64,000 nt of DNA from Thermoanaerobaculia bacterium (GTDB lineage: Bacteria; Acidobacteriota; Thermoanaerobaculia; UBA5066; Gp7-AA6). The notes under the pieces were generated by a model, which saw only the letters and a program-made list of their open reading frames with translations, was not told the origin of the DNA and made no database searches. The position numbers were made by a program, and so were the translations under genes. Positions 38,654-45,658 of the stretch are shown piece after piece. The stretch is taken from NCBI GenBank assembly GCA_038229875.1, contig JBBROA010000004.1, forward strand, positions 161-64,160. Reading direction: 5' to 3'. Position 1 is the stretch's first letter, and each line of letters begins with the position of its first letter.

Positions 38654-40138
38654 CTAGGCGAGCTTGCGGGCGAGCTGTTCCTCAAGGATTTCGGTCACGG
38701 TCAAGGGGATGATGATCCTGCCCGAACGACGGAAGAAGCCATCGACTTCTTTCAGCGCGTCAGACGTGAAATCGAAGGCCACGAAGAAGCCCTTCTTCCT
38801 TTCCTCTCGGATCATGGCGGCCTCGAAGCTGTCTATGTCTGGCCGTCCCGCCCGATCCTTCTGCTTCACCTGGATGGGATACCAGTCGTCCATGAAGCCG
38901 AGTCCTGCCGTCTCGCCGTCCCGGACCTCGCTGGCCTTCTTCGGAGTGGCCGAGACGGGGAAAACTCGACCGTCAATCCCCATGTCTCCGACTTGAGCCT
39001 TGTTCGGGATTCCGCCGAGCGCGATGACCGCCCAGTTCTCAAACTCAAATGGCGGGATTTTGCGGAGCTGCGACTCGCTCCACGGCAGATCACGCACGAC
39101 GAAGCCGCGTCCGGCCTTCCAGAGTTTCTCGTCCTCGCGCAAGGTAGTCTGATCGCGAAGCCTCTTCGCCATGACGCGGCAGGCGGTCGGGGAAACGTCG
39201 ATCCCGATCCACTGCCGCTTGAGGTTCTCCGCCGCAAGTAGGGCGGTCCCACAACCGCAGAAGGCGTCGAGCACAACGTCATTCTCGTTTGTGCTCGCCC
39301 GGACGATCCGGTCGAGAAGTGCGAGCGGCTTTTGTGTCGGGTAGCCGAGACGTTCCGCCGCCTGTGAGTTGATCGGAGGGATGTCAGTCCAGATCGAATC
39401 GATTGATTTTCCCTCCTGCTCGTCAAGGAATCGCTTAAAGCGCGGAACGGCCCCCGGTCGAGGTTGCACGATCAGGCCTTTCTCATACGCCTCCTGCATC
39501 CGCTCTCTCGTCCAGCGCCAGACGCGGGTAACGCCGAGGAATTCGTAGGTTAGGTTGGGGCGGTCAGCCGCCGGATTGAGAAGACTCGTGAGTTGATACC
39601 GCCGATCTTCGGCATCGCGTAACGAGTATTTCGCGTCGGTCTTGTTATCCAAGTTGGCGGCGTCGTACCTGATGTAGGGTCTGTTGAAGGTTAGCTCGGC
39701 TCCGCCGCCGTAATAGAAGATCGAGTCGTGATTGTTTGGAAAGCCGGTATACGCGAGCCCCTTCGAGAGGTTGCGCCGCCAGATGATCTCGGTGTGAAAC
39801 TGGTTCTCCCCAAAAATCTGGTCGAGCATGACCTTGACGTAGTGGCTCGCGTGCCAGTCACAGTGGTAGTAAAACGAGCCGGTCGGTTTCAGCACGCGGG
39901 CCAGCTCGACGCAGCGCGGGCGCATGTAGTCGATGTAAGCGCGCGTCGGTTCGTGGCGATCCTCGAACGCGCGTTTCTATTTGGTCTCGCCCCAGAAGAC
40001 TTCGTAATTGCGGTTGGAGTTGAACGGCGGGTCGATGTAGACCAGATCGACGCAGCCGTCTGGGAGCTTCCGAAGCTGATCGAGGCAGTCCCCGCAGTAG
40101 ATGACGCGGGTATCAACGAGAGCAGAGCGTCTGGTCAA
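38654..40138 (-). pseudogene. beta-class (DPPF...FxGxG order) N4/N6 DNA methyltransferase fused to a C-terminal Mrr/PD-(D/E)xK-like nuclease domain, interrupted by an in-frame TAG
   Basis: Manual translation upstream of ORF 38654-39925: (TTG 40138) TRRSALVDTRVIYCGDCLDQLRKLPDGCVDLVYIDPPFNSNRNYEVFWGETK*KRAFEDRHEPTRAYIDYMRP... The TAG is at 39979-39977. VLDAFCGCGT motif I. Tail contains GDMGIDG...IQVKQK. Confidence 0.7.
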
Positions 40139-40161
40139 GATCTGGTCGGCAGTCTAGCAAA

Positions 40162-41022
40162 TCAGGCCGTCCTAGCTAATGGCGTCCGCTCGGCCAGCGA
40201 GACTAAATCCTCGACGCTCCAAAGGGTTTTGCTCAACCCTGCTGCCATCGCGGGGGAGCATCGGAGCGTCTTGTGCATCCGGCAGAAGTTGTAGTGCGTG
40301 AACTGAATCGCGAGCGCGAAGCAGTGATTCTCGAACTTCTTCGAGAAGCCATTCGTTAGGCGGGTGAAGCGCCGGTTGCCCATGCGGATCGTCAGGTTCG
40401 CCCGCTCAACGAAGCTGGTCGAAATGTTCTGGTCCCTGGGCGCGCCGAGAACCGGGATCTTTTCCAGTCCCACCAACCGCCCTGGCGAATAACGGGTTTC
40501 TGGCTGCCCGTCGTTTCCACAAGGACCGTAAGTCTTCAACAACACGCCGTAGTCAATTCCCCGCGTCGGAAACTTCTCGATGATCGCAGAGAGATACGCC
40601 GAGCGCCCGTCCGTCGTAAGTTGGACGCGGCCCGCGAGCCGTTCCGCAAGGTCGCCGATGAAGACGCGGGCATCATCGAGCGTCCGCTGTCCGACGTGCC
40701 AGGAGATCATCAGCTTGGAATCCGCGTCGAGCGCCGTCCACGTCCAGATGGAGCCAACGTCGCGGCGGGCGCGCATTTCGGCGGGAAGGTTCCGGTCCTT
40801 CGCGTAGCAGAAGGACCAAAGCTCATCGCATTGAACCTTCTCCGAGTTGACCTGTCTAACCGTCGAATCGTGGTAAGCGAGGCAGGCTGAGCCAACATCG
40901 CTAAGGAGTTTCAGGACCGTCATTTTCGCAACGCCCGTCATACGGCACGTCGCGTTGATCGACGTGCCCTCGACAAGAGCGGCGATCACCTGGGCGCGTT
41001 GTTCAGTGCTCAGCTTGTTCAT
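40162..41022 (-). CDS. IS1-family transposase (single-ORF type)
   Basis: N-terminal HTH (EQRAQVIAALVEGTSINATCRMTGV), CDELWSFCYAK, WTWTALDADSKL, QLTTDG, ERANLTIRMGNRRFTRLTNGFSKK...HYNFCRMHKTL. Confidence 0.75.
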   Translation of the reverse strand: MNKLSTEQRAQVIAALVEGTSINATCRMTGVAKMTVLKLLSDVGSACLAYHDSTVRQVNSEKVQCDELWSFCYAKDRNLPAEMRARRDVGSIWTWTALDADSKLMISWHVGQRTLDDARVFIGDLAERLAGRVQLTTDGRSAYLSAIIEKFPTRGIDYGVLLKTYGPCGNDGQPETRYSPGRLVGLEKIPVLGAPRDQNISTSFVERANLTIRMGNRRFTRLTNGFSKKFENHCFALAIQFTHYNFCRMHKTLRCSPAMAAGLSKTLWSVEDLVSLAERTPLARTA

Positions 41023-41028
41023 GGGAAT

Positions 41029-41057
41029 AGTATGCTTGAGCGGTCAAGTATAGTCAA
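41029..41057 (-). promoter_or_regulatory. putative sigma70-type promoter of the transposase (TTGACT-17-CATACT). The predicted start site coincides with the ATG, so the mRNA would be leaderless.
   Basis: The -35 is at 41057-41052 and the -10 at 41034-41029, 6 nt before the ATG at 41022. No Shine-Dalgarno sequence. Confidence 0.35.
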
Positions 41058-41208
41058 GTAGAATGTCGGGGCCGAGAGACGGAGCGCGCCTGGCAAGGGA
41101 CAACGCTCCGGCCCTCTGGAAAAAACCCCTTCTTGATCTTGGGGGCGGGCGAGGTAGAATATGGATGAAGCCGTGCTCGGGTCGCGTAGTGGCCTCCTGG
41201 GCTCGGGT

Positions 41209-41279
41209 TGGTGGAGCTAGTCGGAGTCGAACCGACCGGAATCGGGTCCAGAAGCCTCTTCCGGCAACCTGCTAGCCCC
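41209..41279 (-). ncRNA. tRNA-Ala/tmRNA-like minihelix: acceptor stem with G3:U70, canonical T-arm, A73 and encoded CCA, but no D or anticodon arm
   Basis: Minus-strand RNA: GGGGCUA-GCAGGUUG-[CCGGAAG AGG CUUCUGG]-ACCCGAUUCCG-[GUCGG UUCGACU CCGAC]-UAGCUCC-A-CCA; 71 nt. Confidence 0.45.
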
Positions 41280-41292
41280 GCTTAGTTCTCAA

Positions 41293-41334
41293 AGAGGAGT
41301 CGAGGCGGTCTTGACCGGCAGCCTCGACTCCTCT
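41293..41334. terminator. 14-bp perfect hairpin (AGAGGAGTCGAGGC / GCCTCGACTCCTCT), T-run on the plus strand, immediately 3' of the minus-strand HARE-HTH gene
   Basis: Read directly. CCTTTTTG follows on the plus strand. On the minus strand only UUU follows before the tRNA-like element. Confidence 0.6.
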
Positions 41335-41348
41335 TCCTTTTTGATTGG

Positions 41349-41756
41349 CTATTGCCTCCTCTGATCCAACAGGCCAAACGTGCTCGGCGCAGGTCGGTAG
41401 AAAATCCTCTTCAGCTTGACGTACCTGGACAGGCCGCCTACGAGCGTGTTTTTCTTGGTCCGGTGACCTCCGGCCTCTAGCCGTTTGAGAATCTCTTGGA
41501 TCTTGAGCGGCCTTCCGGCCTCCCGCAAGATCGCGACGGTCAGGCCGATGCCGGAAGTGGGGACGATCTCTCGGCCATCCCGAGAGAGCTCGATGGCGGG
41601 CGCGGCCTTTTCTTGGGTCTTTCTCGAAACTGCGGGCACTTGGCCGCTCGCCGCCCCTCGGTCGGTCAATTCCCCGCGGGCTTCATCCAGTTCTTTTTGA
41701 AGCTGCGCTATCTGCGCCTTCTTGTGGCGAATAAGATCGATCAAAGTCTCTGACAT
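41349..41756 (-). CDS. coiled-coil + HARE-HTH-like winged-helix protein
   Basis: N-terminal heptad-like helix (LIRHKKAQIAQLQKELDEARGEL). The C-terminal LTVAILREAGRPLKIQEILKRLEAGGHRTKKNTLVGGLSRYVK....STFGLLD resembles the HARE-HTH module. Confidence 0.55.
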   Translation of the reverse strand: MSETLIDLIRHKKAQIAQLQKELDEARGELTDRGAASGQVPAVSRKTQEKAAPAIELSRDGREIVPTSGIGLTVAILREAGRPLKIQEILKRLEAGGHRTKKNTLVGGLSRYVKLKRIFYRPAPSTFGLLDQRRQ

Positions 41757-41818
41757 GCAACTACTCTATGCCCTCTGCGATCCGAGCGCAAGAGCTACTG
41801 CATCGAAACTGTGATCGG

Positions 41819-42061
41819 CTACGAACTGTTGGGTTTACGGAGTTTAGCCCAGCGTGTGCGAGCGGCGTCCTTCGCTATTTCTCTTTTTCGCTCAGTTGAA
41901 AGGGCTGCCGCACGCGCCTTTCCACCCTTTAGCCCCCCCAGCCGCCCAAGAGCTACGGCTGCCGGATTCTTCTCGGGGAGTGCGTCGCGCGTCACGCTGT
42001 CTAAGATACGTTTCGCGGCCTGATTCTCGTCCTCTGGGGGCGTCCTTGACCGCTTAGGCAT
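41819..42061 (-). CDS. small basic protein with GGxKGGKARAxxLSxExRxEIAxxAAxxRW motif
   Basis: 80 aa from the ATG at 42061 (the ORF track offers a TTG at 42097). The motif is common in phage and plasmid small ORFs. Confidence 0.5.
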   Translation of the reverse strand: MPKRSRTPPEDENQAAKRILDSVTRDALPEKNPAAVALGRLGGLKGGKARAAALSTERKREIAKDAARTRWAKLRKPNSS

Positions 42062-42110
42062 GGCCTCACGGTAGCACCGGGGCGGGAGCTGGGGCAAGGG
42101 GGCCGACAGG

Positions 42111-42128
42111 TCAAACTAGACCACTACC
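42111..42128. repeat. terminal inverted repeat (other end), flanked by target duplication ATAGACCG at 42129-42136
   Basis: Exact reverse complement of 38635-38652. Confidence 0.9.
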
Positions 42129-42136
42129 ATAGACCG

Positions 42137-42165
42137 TTGACTTACGCCCCTTTTACGCCATAAGT
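42137..42165 (+). promoter_or_regulatory. putative sigma70-type promoter of dnaE2 (TTGACT-17-ATAAGT). The -35 box directly abuts the transposon target duplication.
   Basis: TTGACT at 42137-42142 and ATAAGT at 42160-42165. The spacer contains the direct repeat TTACGCC x2. The GTG of the long ORF is at 42172. Confidence 0.4.
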
Positions 42166-42171
42166 TCAGGT

Positions 42172-45100
42172 GTGGACAAGCACAAGCGCTCCCGTCCCTC
42201 CGACTCCCCGCCGGACGGCCCTCCGTCGCGGGACCTCGTGGGCCCGCTGGTCGGGCAGATCGTCGCGGCGGGCGCGCGCAAGGAAGGTCTCCGGCGCCGG
42301 GACTGGCGGCCCTCCCCCGCTCCTGGCCCGCGCCCATACGCCGAGCTTCGCGCCGCCTCGGCGTTCTCCTTCTTAGACGGTGCGTCGCTTCCTGAAGACC
42401 TCGTCGAGGAGGCCGCCCGCTGCGGGCTTCCCGCTGCCGCGCTGATCGACACGAACGGGGTTTACGGCGCTCCTCGTTTCTACAAGGCCGCGAAGGCTGC
42501 CGGCGTCCGCGCGTTGGTCGGCGCCGAGGTTGTGCTCGACCGGCCACGTCCCGCGACCGTGACCGCGTCCCGCCGCCCAATCAGGACAGTCCGGACAGCC
42601 CGGACATCTCCGGCGCCGGCGGGAGAGCCGGCCCGCCTGACCGTTTTAGTCGAGAGCCGCGCCGGGTATCGCAACCTCTGCCGCCTCCTGACGGCGGGAG
42701 CGCTCGGGAAGAACAAGGGCGAGGCGTTCGTCTCCGGCGCGGCGGTTTCCGAGCACGCGGAGGGACTGCACGTCCTTTCGGGAGGAGACGAGGGGCCGGT
42801 CGCGCGCGCGCTCGCCGCGGGAGGTTTCGACGCCGCGCGCGCGGAGCTCGAGCGCTGGAGCGCGATCTTTCCGGGGCGCTTTCACGTCGAGCTCCAGCGC
42901 CACGGCCTGCGCGAGGAGGAGCATCGCAATCACGCGCTCGTGTCCCTGGCCCACACGCTCGGGCTCCCGATCGTCGCGACGAATGGAGTGCGATACGCGC
43001 GCCGCCGCGACAAGGAACTGCACGACGTCTTCACCTGCATCCGAAACAAGACGACTCTGGACGCGGCCGGCAGGCTCCTCGCGGCGCAGCGGGGGCGTCA
43101 CGTGAAACACGCGCGCGAGATGGCGGCGATCTTCGCGGACATCCCGGAAGCGCTCGACCACGCGTGGGAGCTCGCGGGTTCTCTCGACTTCACGCTCGCG
43201 GACCTCGGCTACAGGTTTCCGGAGTACCCGCTGCCTCCGGGCGAGACCCCGCAGTCCTTTTTGAGGCAGGTCTCCTGGAACGGGGCGCGCGGGCGGTTCC
43301 GGCCCCTGACGGCGCGGGCGCAGGCTCAGATCGAGCGGGAGCTCGCGATGATCGAGAAGCTCGACCTCGCCGGCTATTTCCTGATCGTGTGGGACATCGT
43401 GCAGTTCTGCCTGCGGGAAAAGATCCTCGTCCAGGGGCGCGGATCCGCGGCGAACAGCGCGGTCTGTTACGCCCTCTCGATCACCGCGGTCGATCCCGTC
43501 AAGATGGAGCTGCTCTTCGAGCGCTTTCTCTCCGAGGAGCGAGGCGAGTGGCCGGACATCGACCTCGACCTCCCCTCGGGGGACCAGCGCGAGCGCGTGA
43601 TCCAGCACGTCTACGAGAAGTACGGGCCGCACGGCGCCGCGATGACGGCGAACGTCATCACGTACCGCGACCGCTCGGCCGCGCGCGAGGTCGGGAAGGC
43701 GCTCGGGTATTCGGCGGAGCAGGTAGACCGGCTCTCCAAGCAGCTCGCGACGTGGAACTTCGGGGAGATTCGCAGCCCCTTAGAAGAGCTGTCGGGAGAA
43801 GTCGCCGCCGCGGGACTCGACCCGGACGACGTGCGGACCCGCCACTTCCTGCGGCTGTTTCTCCAGATACAGAATCTGCCGCGGCACCTCGGCCAGCACT
43901 CCGGCGGAATGGTCGTCGCGGCGGGACGGCTCGACGAAGTGGTGCCGCTCGAGCCCGCGTCGATGCCGGGCCGCGTCGTCGTGCAGTGGGACAAGGATGA
44001 CTGCGCGGACCTCGGGATCGTCAAGGTGGATCTGCTGGGGCTCGGGATGCTCGCCGCGCTCGAGGAGGCAATCCCGATGATCCGGACGCACGAAAGGATC
44101 GAGGTGGATCTCGCGCACCTGCCGGCCGACGATCCCGAGGTGTACCGGATGATGAACGAGGCGGACACCGTCGGGGTCTTCCAGGTGGAGAGCCGCGCGC
44201 AGATGGCGTCGCTTCCGAAGAACGCGCCGCGCAAGTTCTACGACCTCGTCGTCCAGGTCGCGATCATCCGGCCCGGCCCGATCGTCGGCGGGATGGTGCA
44301 TCCGTTCTTCGACCGCCGGCAGGGAAAGGCGCCGGTCGAGTACGCGCACCCGTGCCTCGAGCCGATCTTAAAGCGCACGCTGGGAGTTCCGCTCTTCCAG
44401 GAGCAGCTGCTGCGGATCGCGATGGTCGCGGCGGGCTTCACCGGCGGCGAGGCCGAGGAGCTGCGCCGCGCGATGGGGTTCAAGCGATCGATGGAGAAGA
44501 TGGAGTCGATCGAGGCGCGCCTGCGCTCGGGGATGGCGGAGCGCGGGATCGACGGGCCGGCCCAGGACCAGATTGTGAAGTCGATCACGTCGTTCGCGCT
44601 CTACGGGTTTCCGGAGTCGCACGCGGCGAGCTTCGCCCTGATCGCGTACGCGAGCGCGTACATCAAGGCCCGGCATCCCGCCGCGTTCTACACCTCCCTC
44701 TTGAACGCGTGGCCGATGGGCTTCTATCACCCGGCGACCCTCGTCAAGGACGCGCAGCGGCACGGCACCCCGGCGTTTCCCATCGACGTGACGCGCTCGG
44801 GATGGAAGTGCCGGTGGGAGGCGGGAGGGGTGCGGATCGGCATGCGATTCGTGCAGGGACTGCGCGAGGCAACCGGAAAGCGGATCGAGGCGGAGCAGGA
44901 GAAGGCGCCGTTGGCGGGCGTCGAGGACCTCGCGCGCCGCTGCACGCTCCGTTCGGACGAGCTCGACCGGCTCGCGCAGGCAGGTGCGCTGGCATCTTTC
45001 GGGCGGGGCCGCCGGGCGGCGCTGTGGCAGGTCGCGAAAGTGGCGCGGCCGGCGGGAGAGCTCTTCGCCTATCTTCCCGCCGACGATCCCTCGCCTCTCC

Positions 45101-45516
45101 GGGAGATGTCCGCGGTGCAGGAGACCGCCGCCGACTATCGGGCGACATCGATGACAACGGGCCCGCATCTCGTGCAGCACTGGCGCGAGCGGCTGTCCGC
45201 GCAGGGGATCTTCTCCGCCGCGGAATTGAAGGCGATGCCCGACGGGCGCCGCGTGAAGACGGCGGGAGCGGTGATCGTCCGGCAGCGGCCCGGGACCGCA
45301 AAGGGATTCGTGTTTCTGACGCTCGAGGACGAGACCGGCATGTGCCAGGCGATCGTGCGGCCGGATCTCTTCAAGGAGCAGCGCGCGATCATCGTCGGGT
45401 CGGGGTCCCTGATCGTCGAAGGCCGGCTTCAGAACGACGGCACGCTCTCGGTGCGGGCGGAAAAGTTCTGGCCTCTCCAGGAAGTCGAGACGGTCCCGAG
45501 TCACGACTTCCGATAA
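42172..45516 (+). CDS. dnaE2: error-prone DNA polymerase III alpha-subunit paralog DnaE2 (ImuC)
   Basis: PYAELRAASAFSFLDGAS PHP N-terminus, polymerase core, and a C-terminal OB fold ending ...LSVRAEKFWPL. Size is about 1060-1110 aa. The true start is uncertain. Confidence 0.85.
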   Translation: MDKHKRSRPSDSPPDGPPSRDLVGPLVGQIVAAGARKEGLRRRDWRPSPAPGPRPYAELRAASAFSFLDGASLPEDLVEEAARCGLPAAALIDTNGVYGAPRFYKAAKAAGVRALVGAEVVLDRPRPATVTASRRPIRTVRTARTSPAPAGEPARLTVLVESRAGYRNLCRLLTAGALGKNKGEAFVSGAAVSEHAEGLHVLSGGDEGPVARALAAGGFDAARAELERWSAIFPGRFHVELQRHGLREEEHRNHALVSLAHTLGLPIVATNGVRYARRRDKELHDVFTCIRNKTTLDAAGRLLAAQRGRHVKHAREMAAIFADIPEALDHAWELAGSLDFTLADLGYRFPEYPLPPGETPQSFLRQVSWNGARGRFRPLTARAQAQIERELAMIEKLDLAGYFLIVWDIVQFCLREKILVQGRGSAANSAVCYALSITAVDPVKMELLFERFLSEERGEWPDIDLDLPSGDQRERVIQHVYEKYGPHGAAMTANVITYRDRSAAREVGKALGYSAEQVDRLSKQLATWNFGEIRSPLEELSGEVAAAGLDPDDVRTRHFLRLFLQIQNLPRHLGQHSGGMVVAAGRLDEVVPLEPASMPGRVVVQWDKDDCADLGIVKVDLLGLGMLAALEEAIPMIRTHERIEVDLAHLPADDPEVYRMMNEADTVGVFQVESRAQMASLPKNAPRKFYDLVVQVAIIRPGPIVGGMVHPFFDRRQGKAPVEYAHPCLEPILKRTLGVPLFQEQLLRIAMVAAGFTGGEAEELRRAMGFKRSMEKMESIEARLRSGMAERGIDGPAQDQIVKSITSFALYGFPESHAASFALIAYASAYIKARHPAAFYTSLLNAWPMGFYHPATLVKDAQRHGTPAFPIDVTRSGWKCRWEAGGVRIGMRFVQGLREATGKRIEAEQEKAPLAGVEDLARRCTLRSDELDRLAQAGALASFGRGRRAALWQVAKVARPAGELFAYLPADDPSPLREMSAVQETAADYRATSMTTGPHLVQHWRERLSAQGIFSAAELKAMPDGRRVKTAGAVIVRQRPGTAKGFVFLTLEDETGMCQAIVRPDLFKEQRAIIVGSGSLIVEGRLQNDGTLSVRAEKFWPLQEVETVPSHDFR

Positions 45517-45658
45517 CGGTCCCGGCGCTTTACGAGCGCGGTCTTCCTCCGCGCCGGCACGCGCGGCGCGGCGTGCATAATGAGCGCATCAGAGAAAATC
45601 TGACGAACGTCCGTCCGAACGGAACATTTCTGCTTCCCGGGATCCCGCCCTGCCGCCC

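Larger units (their letters stand above)
38635..42128 (-). mobile_element. IS1-family transposon carrying passenger genes (3494 bp)
   Basis: Perfect 18-bp TIRs: GGTAGTGGTCTAGTTTGA at 38635-38652 and its exact reverse complement at 42111-42128. The ends fit the GGnnnTG pattern. 8-bp direct repeats ATAGACCG at 38627-38634 and 42129-42136. IS1-like transposase inside. GC visibly lower than the flanks. Confidence 0.85.

Noticed and set aside
40139-41060. Search for a second, inner pair of inverted repeats delimiting only the transposase (a simple about 1-kb IS nested in cargo)
   Set aside because: No GGTAGTG/CACTACC-like or other inverted repeat was found flanking 40162-41022. Only weak direct similarity was seen (GGTCAAG at 40133-40139, 41043-41049 and in the related TAGTCAAG at 41051-41058). 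The outer TIRs with their TSD explain the element.
41063-41275. 70-aa plus-strand ORF between the transposase and the HARE-HTH gene
   Set aside because: No RBS or motifs, and it overlaps the tRNA-like element on the other strand. However, a plus-strand non-coding transcript ending at the 41293-41343 hairpin and T-run cannot be excluded.
42160-42180. Possible LexA box near the dnaE2 start (GTTCAGGTGTGGACA)
   Set aside because: It resembles the GTTC-N7-GTTC direct-repeat type only in the first half, because the second half is GACA. There is no CTGT-N8-ACAG-type palindrome either. This is not enough to call.
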